DNA from: Marispirochaeta sp. | GTDB lineage: Bacteria; Spirochaetota; Spirochaetia; JC444; Marispirochaetaceae | Direction: 5' to 3' | Assembly: GCA_963676835.2 (NCBI GenBank) | Contig: CAXXFF010000002.1 | Span: 1,088,001 to 1,152,000 of the forward strand | DNA: 64,000 nt | Shown: piece by piece, positions 57,055 through 64,000 of the stretch | Numbering within the stretch: position 1 is the first letter of the stretch | How the letters are laid out: each line of letters starts with the position of its first letter | The notes under the pieces: model-generated | The model's input: the letters and a program-made list of their open reading frames with translations, nothing else | What the model was told of the DNA's origin: nothing | Database searches by the model: none | Translations under genes and position numbers: made by a program

Positions 57055-58182
57055 GTGGCAGGAGATTCGGCCCTCACACCCCGACTGGGGAAAGAGGAAA
57101 TCCTCAGACAGCAGGAGAGTCTGCGTACCAGCTTTCCCCTGGAAGAGGTGTTCTCCCGGCTCGATCTTATTGTCCTCCTCTTAAACCGGCAGCGCCAGAT
57201 TGTCGAACGCTATCCCGCTGATGCATTCGGCAGAAGCGAAGGGCTGGAAGAGACCCTGGGTATGCGCCCCGGAGAAGCCCTGGGCTGTGTTCACAGTGTT
57301 TCAGGTCCCGACGGCTGCGGTACCGGCAAGGCCTGCCGCCTTTGCGGTGTTGTTCAGGCGGTGGAAGAGTGCTTTGAGGAGCAGATCCCGGTTAAACGCC
57401 GCTGCATGCTCAGAACCGGCAAAACTGATACCAGGCTGGAAGGTTCGGAGTATCAGGTTACAGCCGTTCCTTTTCCCTGGGCGGATAATCAGTTTGTGCT
57501 GCTCTATTTTGAAGACCGTTCCCAGGAAAACCGCCGGCTGATGATGGAGCGTCTCTTTTTTCATGATGTGCTCAATACGGCTTCCGGGCTCAAGCTCTCC
57601 CTGGAGCTTCTGGAAAAGAAGAATATGCCCGCTGATATCCGGGAGGATGTAAGGAAGCTTATAGGTGTTTCACAGTCGCTGCTCAATGAGATCGGTGATC
57701 AGAAGACCCTGGCCGGCGCGGAAAACGGCACCCTTCAATTGCGCCGTGATTTTATTCATTCCACGGAAATGCTCGATATGCTGTGCAATGAGTTTGCCGG
57801 TATGGCGGAAAAAAGCGGTGTTATTCTCGAGGTAGCGCCGTTTTCAGAAGTATTTTCTCTTATAAGCGATGCGGGGCTGCTGGAGCGGGTTCTTGGCAAT
57901 ATGGTTAAGAATGCCATAGAAGCCTCCGGTGCGGGTGAAGTTGTCACTCTTGCCTGCAGTGATGCTGCGGAGGGCTCCCGCTTTATGGTAAGGAATCCAG
58001 CGGTCATCGATGAAGAGGTGGCTCTGCATATTTTTACCCGTTCATACTCCACCAAAGGAGAGAACCGGGGCCTGGGAACCTACAGCATGAAGCTTTTGGG
58101 CGAAAGCTACCTGGGTGGTTCTGTTGCTTTTACCAGCCGGCCTGCCGAGGGTACAGAGTTTTCCATTACCTTTTCCAAATAG
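57055..58182 (+). CDS. Cytoplasmic sensor histidine kinase with a Cys-rich PAS-like input domain
   Basis: RPGEALGC..GCGT..C..CG; FFHDVLN, NMVKNAIEA, STKG..RGLG. Confidence 0.88.
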   Translation: MAGDSALTPRLGKEEILRQQESLRTSFPLEEVFSRLDLIVLLLNRQRQIVERYPADAFGRSEGLEETLGMRPGEALGCVHSVSGPDGCGTGKACRLCGVVQAVEECFEEQIPVKRRCMLRTGKTDTRLEGSEYQVTAVPFPWADNQFVLLYFEDRSQENRRLMMERLFFHDVLNTASGLKLSLELLEKKNMPADIREDVRKLIGVSQSLLNEIGDQKTLAGAENGTLQLRRDFIHSTEMLDMLCNEFAGMAEKSGVILEVAPFSEVFSLISDAGLLERVLGNMVKNAIEASGAGEVVTLACSDAAEGSRFMVRNPAVIDEEVALHIFTRSYSTKGENRGLGTYSMKLLGESYLGGSVAFTSRPAEGTEFSITFSK

Positions 58183-58190
58183 TACAAATG

Positions 58191-59042
58191 CTACTCGATA
58201 AGTATTTTTTCACACTGTCGGATTAGATCCTGTTTTTGGCGAAGTGTATAATAGGCTGCAGTTTTTGATGCACCGTATATATTGGCAGCGTAGAATCCCC
58301 CGGTAAGACAAGCTGAAACCCCTGATCCAAAATGCGGGATATCTGTTTCCTGTTCAAAAAGAAAAAGGCCTACAGTAGCAAGCCCCATTGAAAGATTCAT
58401 GAGAAAAGCCTGGATCCCATCTACGGGATGTTTGCTGTAGATTTGCCCTGTTCCCGGAATAAGGGCAGACAATGAACCGCTGATTAGAGGGCTCTTTGTT
58501 TTTAACGGCAGCTCTGTTTGCAGAATTGTTATTGCTTTGTCGGTTATTGTCTCTGGTAGAATCCCTTTGGTATTCTGCAGGCGCTTGAGGGCAGCCTCAT
58601 ACTCTGAAGAAATTAACAGCAGCATAACTTCTAATCCTTCTATTGTCGCAGAGGTTGTATCTGCATCCCTTGTGGTTCTCGCAATGTATTGATCAGCCAT
58701 CACGAAATTATGCAGGCGGTAGTAGGAGAGGGCGATAATCTCGTAGGCTTGTTGTTGCTCTTCATAATTTTGTGTATTTATTTGCAGAAAAGAAGCTGCC
58801 TGCTGAATTGCATCATTGTAGAGCCCGGCTTTATAGTAGCATCTGCTTATCATAAGACGTGCATGTGCTTTTTCGGTTTGATTATCGCTGTAGTACTCGA
58901 TTTTCTTCCATTCGCTTATAGATCTGTAGTAGTCCTGCTGAGTAAACAGGTGCTGAGCGTATTCAATATCCTGGGCAAATATGTTTATTGGCCCTGTTGT
59001 GTAGAATACAGAAAGAACAATAGATAAAATTAATTTCTTCAT
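58191..59042 (-). CDS. TPR-containing exported/membrane protein
   Basis: Signal peptide, helical repeats, KSP..SG.LSALIPG.GQ.Y membrane motif. Confidence 0.7.
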   Translation of the reverse strand: MKKLILSIVLSVFYTTGPINIFAQDIEYAQHLFTQQDYYRSISEWKKIEYYSDNQTEKAHARLMISRCYYKAGLYNDAIQQAASFLQINTQNYEEQQQAYEIIALSYYRLHNFVMADQYIARTTRDADTTSATIEGLEVMLLLISSEYEAALKRLQNTKGILPETITDKAITILQTELPLKTKSPLISGSLSALIPGTGQIYSKHPVDGIQAFLMNLSMGLATVGLFLFEQETDIPHFGSGVSACLTGGFYAANIYGASKTAAYYTLRQKQDLIRQCEKILIE

Positions 59043-59497
59043 TTTGCTTTATTCCCGGGAAGATAATAATCATCATTCAGTTTCAGTATATTTCCTTCTC
59101 CTGCGTAATAACTGTAATTTGACCATGCGGAAGGATTTTCCCGATAAAAATACCGATCAAGAAACGCTATTGATCCCCGGAAAATATCTGTACGTTCCAC
59201 TGCGGAGATTAAAAAGGACGAGCATGATGTTTTAAATGGGCAACGGGCAATAGTTGAATTTGATATTTGGTGATGGTATATCTCCTGAAGCGACCAAAGA
59301 ATCGATGAAGATTTTTTTGTGTCATTATCTGCTTTAGAAATATCTAAATTTGCAGTGCCAAATGGATCCGTGCTAAACCGTGAGGGGCCGGGAACCGGGG
59401 ATCCGAATAGTGGTAGTGAGATGGAGAATACAATCAGAAAAGCTATAAAAAAAGGACGCTGAGTCTGGGAGACCAGCGTCCATCCTGTTATTTTCAC
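59039..59497 (-). CDS. YidD-like protein
   Basis: Y...IS.....CPFKTSCSSF...A...G; GTG start. Confidence 0.6.
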   Translation of the reverse strand: MKITGWTLVSQTQRPFFIAFLIVFSISLPLFGSPVPGPSRFSTDPFGTANLDISKADNDTKKSSSILWSLQEIYHHQISNSTIARCPFKTSCSSFLISAVERTDIFRGSIAFLDRYFYRENPSAWSNYSYYAGEGNILKLNDDYYLPGNKAK

Positions 59498-59506
59498 AGT
59501 GGTGTT

Positions 59507-59992
59507 TTATCCTGCTTTTGGGAGGAAGGGTACAGCGTGGGACCGTAGTTGTCCGGATGCATCAAGAGCGTGAAACACAAGGTATACAGTTTCTTCCGTG
59601 TCGGCTTCTACGGTGACCAGTGATACATTAATTTCGTTAGGCTCCAGTTTCCACATGGCACCATCGACAGCATCTACGACAAGGCCAATGATTCCACCGC
59701 AGAGTATGTTTCCTATCGTCCACATTTCAAACTCTTTTGTAATCTGTACAATCTGATCCTGATATCCATCGATGGTAACTTTGACGGTATACTCGTTCTT
59801 CTTTGGAAGAGAAGTCGTCACCGGTGAGTATCCATCAAAAAAGACTTCACCGCTTTTTGCTGTGATGACCACATGTGCAGATGGATTGGATGTTACTGAT
59901 ACATCTTCTTTGGTTCCCTTTACAATGGAGGCACAACCGAACAACGTTATTACTGTTAGAATAATTGACAATGCTAAAAGTGTTTTTTTCAT
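59507..59992 (-). CDS. Lipoprotein, PEGA-like
   Basis: LFGCASIVKG, S.PS, GNI..GGIIG..VD..DGA. Confidence 0.75.
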   Translation of the reverse strand: MKKTLLALSIILTVITLFGCASIVKGTKEDVSVTSNPSAHVVITAKSGEVFFDGYSPVTTSLPKKNEYTVKVTIDGYQDQIVQITKEFEMWTIGNILCGGIIGLVVDAVDGAMWKLEPNEINVSLVTVEADTEETVYLVFHALDASGQLRSHAVPFLPKAG

Positions 59993-60212
59993 ATTTACTC
60001 CAATTAAAATATGTGTACATCATAAATAGCCGGTGTGTTTAATGCAAGATCTTTTTTTGCTATAAGCCAAAAGATTTATTTTACATATACACTGCTTCGA
60101 TATCCCCTTTGACAGCTTTTCTTTCTCAGTGTAATAAATAAGGAAGATCTCTATATATTGAAGATAAAGAGCAGTGTTTCAGGTATGCCTTGAGACAGGC
60201 AGGGAGGTATCC

Positions 60213-61415
60213 ATGGCCAGGGTTATGATTATAGGTGCAGGCGGTGTAGGTACTGTTGTTGCACATAAGGTTGCACAGCATCCGGAAGTATTCAGCGAAG
60301 TGATGCTCGCCAGCCGCACAAAATCCAAATGCGACGATATTGTCGCCGGGGTTAAGGAAAAGACCGGACGGGTTATAGCAACTGCCGCCGTCGATGCTGA
60401 AGATGTTCCTGCGCTTACGGCACTTCTCAAGGATTTTAATCCCGAAATAGTAATAAACGTAGCCCTGCCTTATCAGGATCTCACTATAATGGATGCCTGT
60501 CTGGCCGCCGGGGTCAACTATCTGGATACTGCCAACTATGAGCCCAAAGAAGAAGCCAAATTCGAGTACAGCTGGCAGTGGGCATACCAGGAGAAGTTTC
60601 GTAATGCCGGTCTTACCGCCATTCTCGGCTGCGGCTTTGATCCCGGTGTAACCGGTGTTTTTACCGCCTATGCCGCAAAGCACTATTTTGATGAAATGCA
60701 CTACCTGGACATTATCGACTGTAATGCCGGGGATCACGGCAAAGCCTTTGCCACCAATTTCAATCCGGAAATCAATATTCGTGAAGTTACCCAGAAGGGA
60801 AAATACTGGCAGGATGGCAAATGGGTTCTCACTGAACCTCACGAAATACACCAGCCTATCAACTACCCGGGAATCGGCCCGAAGGAGTCATATCTTATTT
60901 ATCATGAAGAGCTGGAATCTCTTACAAAGAATTTCCCTTCTTTAAAGAGAGCCCGGTTCTGGATGACCTTCGGCCAGGAGTATCTGACTCACCTGCGGGT
61001 AATTCAGAATATCGGTATGGCCCGGATTGATCCGATTATCTACAACGGTGTCGAGATTGTTCCCATCCAGTTTCTTAAAGCCGTACTTCCCGATCCCGGC
61101 GAGCTTGGCGAAAACTATACCGGCCAAACTTCCATCGGATGCCGTATCAAGGGAGTAAAAGACGGTAAGGAAACCGGCTATTACATCTGGAACAACTGCA
61201 GCCACGAAGCTGCCTATAAAGAAACCGGAGCCCAGGGGGTGAGCTACACAACCGGGGTGCCCGCCATGGTGGGAGCCATGATGTTTCTGAAAGGTCTCTG
61301 GAAACAGCCCGGGGTGTATAATGTGGAAGAGTTTGATCCCGATCCCTTTCTTGCCCAGCTGGCGGAGGATGGTCTGCCCTGGAACGAGGAACATAACGGC
61401 GACTTGGAGCTGTAA
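60213..61415 (+). CDS. Saccharopine dehydrogenase family, probably carboxy(nor)spermidine dehydrogenase
   Basis: IIGAGGVG, YLDTANYE, GCGFDPG, FATNFNPEIN.RE, HEE, SYTTGVP; RBS GGAGG. Confidence 0.9.
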   Translation: MARVMIIGAGGVGTVVAHKVAQHPEVFSEVMLASRTKSKCDDIVAGVKEKTGRVIATAAVDAEDVPALTALLKDFNPEIVINVALPYQDLTIMDACLAAGVNYLDTANYEPKEEAKFEYSWQWAYQEKFRNAGLTAILGCGFDPGVTGVFTAYAAKHYFDEMHYLDIIDCNAGDHGKAFATNFNPEINIREVTQKGKYWQDGKWVLTEPHEIHQPINYPGIGPKESYLIYHEELESLTKNFPSLKRARFWMTFGQEYLTHLRVIQNIGMARIDPIIYNGVEIVPIQFLKAVLPDPGELGENYTGQTSIGCRIKGVKDGKETGYYIWNNCSHEAAYKETGAQGVSYTTGVPAMVGAMMFLKGLWKQPGVYNVEEFDPDPFLAQLAEDGLPWNEEHNGDLEL

Positions 61416-61428
61416 GCTCTCAGTCTTC

Positions 61429-61467
61429 TTAAGAGGTTAAGAGGTTAAGAGGTTAAGAGGTTAAGAG
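61429..61467 (+). repeat. Octanucleotide tandem repeat (TTAAGAGG)x4.9
   Basis: Perfect tandem array between convergent stop codons. Confidence 0.95.
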
Positions 61468-61474
61468 TCCTGCT

Positions 61475-62236
61475 TTAAAAACGCAGCAGGACTCCTGTTC
61501 CCAGTACAAATACCCTGTCGGTAACCGTGTAATCAGGATCACCGGCATCCTTCACGTCTTCCGAGGTGCTCCAGGTCTTCATGGTATAGGCACCGAAAAG
61601 TTCCACCTTCATTACCGGTGATACATGGTAGATGAAATTCAGGTAGGGGTTCTGTTCGTAGAGCAGGACCTCTGAAAAATTCAGGGGAAAATAGAGGCCG
61701 TACTGAAGGCCGCCGGTCCAGACAGGTTCTCTGTTCTGCATATAGGTATAGTTCAGTCCCGGGCGTACCAGCAGGGTCTGGTGATTGTTATAACTGTTCC
61801 AGGTCCAGCGGTTTTTCAGCATAAATACCCAGTTTTCCCCCGGCAGCGCCGGTACCAGAAAGCGCGGGCTCAGGTCGATACTTAAAAGATGTTCCAGTCT
61901 GTCTGTTGTGCTGTCCCACCACCAGTGTGTGGGAGTTCCTATCCAGTCGTCGTCGTGCAGGGCCCCGGCCTGCAGGGTATAGAAGAGTCCGGCTTTAACA
62001 TTCGGGTGAAGACGGTAATAACCTCCCAGCATTAATGCCCTGTACTGCAGGTCTCCCTCTTCAATCTTTGCCGTCAGGTTAAGCATGGGTTCAAGATTCC
62101 CAAGATCGGTTGAGGCATTAAAACGGAACTGATAGTCCAGCTCATTGCTGCGTTCCGCCGGTGCTGCTCCCAGGGGCATTGCTGTTATTGTGACTGCCAG
62201 GACGAGAAGGATGAAGAATCTGCTTTTCTCAGTCAT
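61475..62236 (-). CDS. Putative outer-membrane beta-barrel protein
   Basis: Signal peptide, aromatic-rich alternating strands, C-terminal Phe. Confidence 0.6.
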   Translation of the reverse strand: MTEKSRFFILLVLAVTITAMPLGAAPAERSNELDYQFRFNASTDLGNLEPMLNLTAKIEEGDLQYRALMLGGYYRLHPNVKAGLFYTLQAGALHDDDWIGTPTHWWWDSTTDRLEHLLSIDLSPRFLVPALPGENWVFMLKNRWTWNSYNNHQTLLVRPGLNYTYMQNREPVWTGGLQYGLYFPLNFSEVLLYEQNPYLNFIYHVSPVMKVELFGAYTMKTWSTSEDVKDAGDPDYTVTDRVFVLGTGVLLRF

Positions 62237-62885
62237 AATCAATATCCAGCAGATCCGAGTAGGCCCCGGAAAGATCTGTGTTATCAATAACGGCCCCGGC
62301 TTCTGGGTCGGTATTCCAGTTTAAATCTTTCGTCCATGCATAAAATTGGGGCGGGGTAATGCGGTTTCCGTTTAGAATATTCACCCCTTCACCTGCCTCT
62401 ACCAGAACCTCTGCGGCAGCTGCCGCCACCGCCACGGTTCCTTCATTTACGCAGAGCCAGATATCCGGGTCAGTCTCAACCGCCCTGCCGTAGGCAATAA
62501 AGAACTCGGTTCCCCGTACTCCCGCTGCGATTGACGGGGTAGTCACGGAATAGGAATCGTTGTTGAAAAGCTTTGCTATGCGGGAGAATATTCCTCCTTT
62601 CTGCAGATGAACCTCAGTTTTTGAGCTGAGGGAATCCAGTCTGAGAACTGAGTTTTCCTTCAGTTTTATACGGTCATTTCTTGTGGAAGAGATGATCAGC
62701 ACCGCATCAGCTCCAGTGGACACTATATCTCCCTGTTCCAGGGGTGTACCGAAATCAGCGGGAATCATACGTGTGCCTCTGCGGATTTCTGACTCTCCTT
62801 CAAGGTATTCAATTTGCCAGGCCTGGGGGAGTAAAGAGGAGAGGCAGAAAAATGTGAAAAATGTTATAATGGAAAAGGTTTTCAC
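62229..62885 (-). CDS. FecR-domain protein
   Basis: GD.V.TG, L.ENS, TP...AGVRGTEF, V.EG.V. Confidence 0.85.
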   Translation of the reverse strand: MKTFSIITFFTFFCLSSLLPQAWQIEYLEGESEIRRGTRMIPADFGTPLEQGDIVSTGADAVLIISSTRNDRIKLKENSVLRLDSLSSKTEVHLQKGGIFSRIAKLFNNDSYSVTTPSIAAGVRGTEFFIAYGRAVETDPDIWLCVNEGTVAVAAAAAEVLVEAGEGVNILNGNRITPPQFYAWTKDLNWNTDPEAGAVIDNTDLSGAYSDLLDIDYD

Positions 62886-62972
62886 GGTTTTTCTCCTGGA
62901 ACAAATATAATAAAAACAGTCATAAATAAGGGAAAAATCTTGTGCTTATCTGTGACCTGTGTTTGTTGACCG

Positions 62973-63000
62973 TTGACAAAAGACAATAAAGGACTATAGT
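62973..63000 (+). promoter_or_regulatory. Sigma-70 promoter
   Basis: TTGACA-16-TATAGT. Confidence 0.45.
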
Positions 63001-63042
63001 GAACAATAGAGCCCATTTGCGGCGAAATATAGGAGTTGTGCC

Positions 63043-63498
63043 ATGTCGTTGCCGGATTTGATTACCCCGGACAGTGTTGTTCTGCTGAAATCAGAAACAA
63101 AGCGTTCTGCCCTTGAAGAACTTGTTGCGGAGGTGCCGGAAGGGGCATGTGCATTATCCCCTGCAGATATTCTTGAAAAGCTGCTGGCCCGGGAAGAGCT
63201 TATGAGTACCGGTATCGGCCTTGGTCTGGGTATTCCCCATATACGCACGGCGGAGATCCATAAGCCTGTTCTCAGAATAGGCATCCAGCCTGCAGGCATT
63301 TCTGATTACGCTGCCATCGATGAGGTTCCGGTTCAGATTCTTTTTATGATTCTTATGAACGAAAAGCAGCAGAGAGAGCATCTTGCCCTGCTTTCCGAGA
63401 TTGTACGACTTATGAAAAAAGAGGGACTCCACGATTCTCTTGTAAAAGCGGAAACAGCCGCCGATGCTGCAGCTGTTCTCCTGTCAATGCTTAGTTAA
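63043..63498 (+). CDS. PTS IIA (Ntr/fructose-type) protein
   Basis: RE..MSTGIG.G.GIPH, D..PV, HL..LSEI. Confidence 0.92.
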   Translation: MSLPDLITPDSVVLLKSETKRSALEELVAEVPEGACALSPADILEKLLAREELMSTGIGLGLGIPHIRTAEIHKPVLRIGIQPAGISDYAAIDEVPVQILFMILMNEKQQREHLALLSEIVRLMKKEGLHDSLVKAETAADAAAVLLSMLS

Positions 63499-63517
63499 TA
63501 TTCACAGAGGTTGGAAA

Positions 63518-64000
63518 ATGCACGTACTCGAACTTATTCATGGCAGGCTGCATGTTGAAGAACTGAATGCCCTTCTTTTTGTGGGAATAGCTCTCTTCGG
63601 GGGTACCATCGGGGGGCGGCTCTTTCAGCAGCTGAAGATTCCCCAGGTAATCGGGTACATAGTTATAGGTCTGATTCTTGGTGAGTCGGGACTTCATTTT
63701 ATGACAGCCTCTGTTATGTCCCGGTTTCAGCCCATCAACTACATTGCCCTGGGGCTTATCAGCTTCAGCCTCGGAGGTGAGCTGAAGATGGATATGCTGA
63801 GAAAAAACGGCAGGCAGTTTACCTATCTGCTCTTTTTCGAAGCCTTCGGAGCCTTTATTCTGGTTTCCCTGGCAGCATATCTGCCTTTGTCGATGCTCTT
63901 TCCTTCCGCCTCAGCAGTGGCAATAAGTCTGCTTTTAGGCAGTATCTCCGCAGCCACCGCTGCTGCAGGAACCACCGATGTACTCTGGGAATACCGGGCA
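63518..64000 (+). CDS. Cation:proton antiporter (CPA2), 3'-truncated by window
   Basis: Manual translation MHVLEL..GGRLFQQLKIPQVIGYIVIGLILGESG..SLGGEL; absent from the ORF track because there is no stop in the window. Confidence 0.85.
   Translation, partial: MHVLELIHGRLHVEELNALLFVGIALFGGTIGGRLFQQLKIPQVIGYIVIGLILGESGLHFMTASVMSRFQPINYIALGLISFSLGGELKMDMLRKNGRQFTYLLFFEAFGAFILVSLAAYLPLSMLFPSASAVAISLLLGSISAATAAAGTTDVLWEYRA

Noticed and set aside
60213..61415. Lysine-pathway saccharopine dehydrogenase, or a complete polyamine operon
   Set aside because: Motifs fit the carboxy(nor)spermidine dehydrogenase subgroup better; the decarboxylase is not in this window, which is unremarkable

Overview
Bacterial chromosomal window. 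It is most consistent with a free-living spirochaete (Spirochaetaceae-like), an inference from the lipoprotein signal peptides, the MCP types and the gene content. Housekeeping genes occupy both flanks: lnt, wrbA, glycerate kinase, polB, mrp, nadE, gpx/ohrR-like, carboxy(nor)spermidine dehydrogenase, PTS IIA and a CPA2 antiporter. An accessory block at about 34.3-50.4 kb is bracketed by three PIN/VapC toxin-antitoxin pairs. No rRNA, tRNA, CRISPR array, integrase, transposase or reverse transcriptase was found. Most notable observations: (1) a single 1115-aa polypeptide fusing 2-oxoacid dehydrogenase E1alpha, E1beta, a lipoyl domain and FabH, with no E2 catalytic domain; (2) a soluble protein fusing two MotA-like cytoplasmic segments to a FliG C-terminal domain; (3) a fixed-spacing motif AwAnwTTTTT-N10-wTTTTCCCAC upstream of that gene, of a double-AAA ATPase and of a small Cys-rich protein, around an atypical sigma-70-like gene and an HExxH protein, suggesting a self-contained regulon; (4) an FN3 lipoprotein with a DAVSGAT flavinylation motif; (5) several MITE/REP-like elements, a duplicated 39-bp upstream block and recurrent leaderless promoter architecture. 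All functional calls come from motif recognition by eye, with no database searches.
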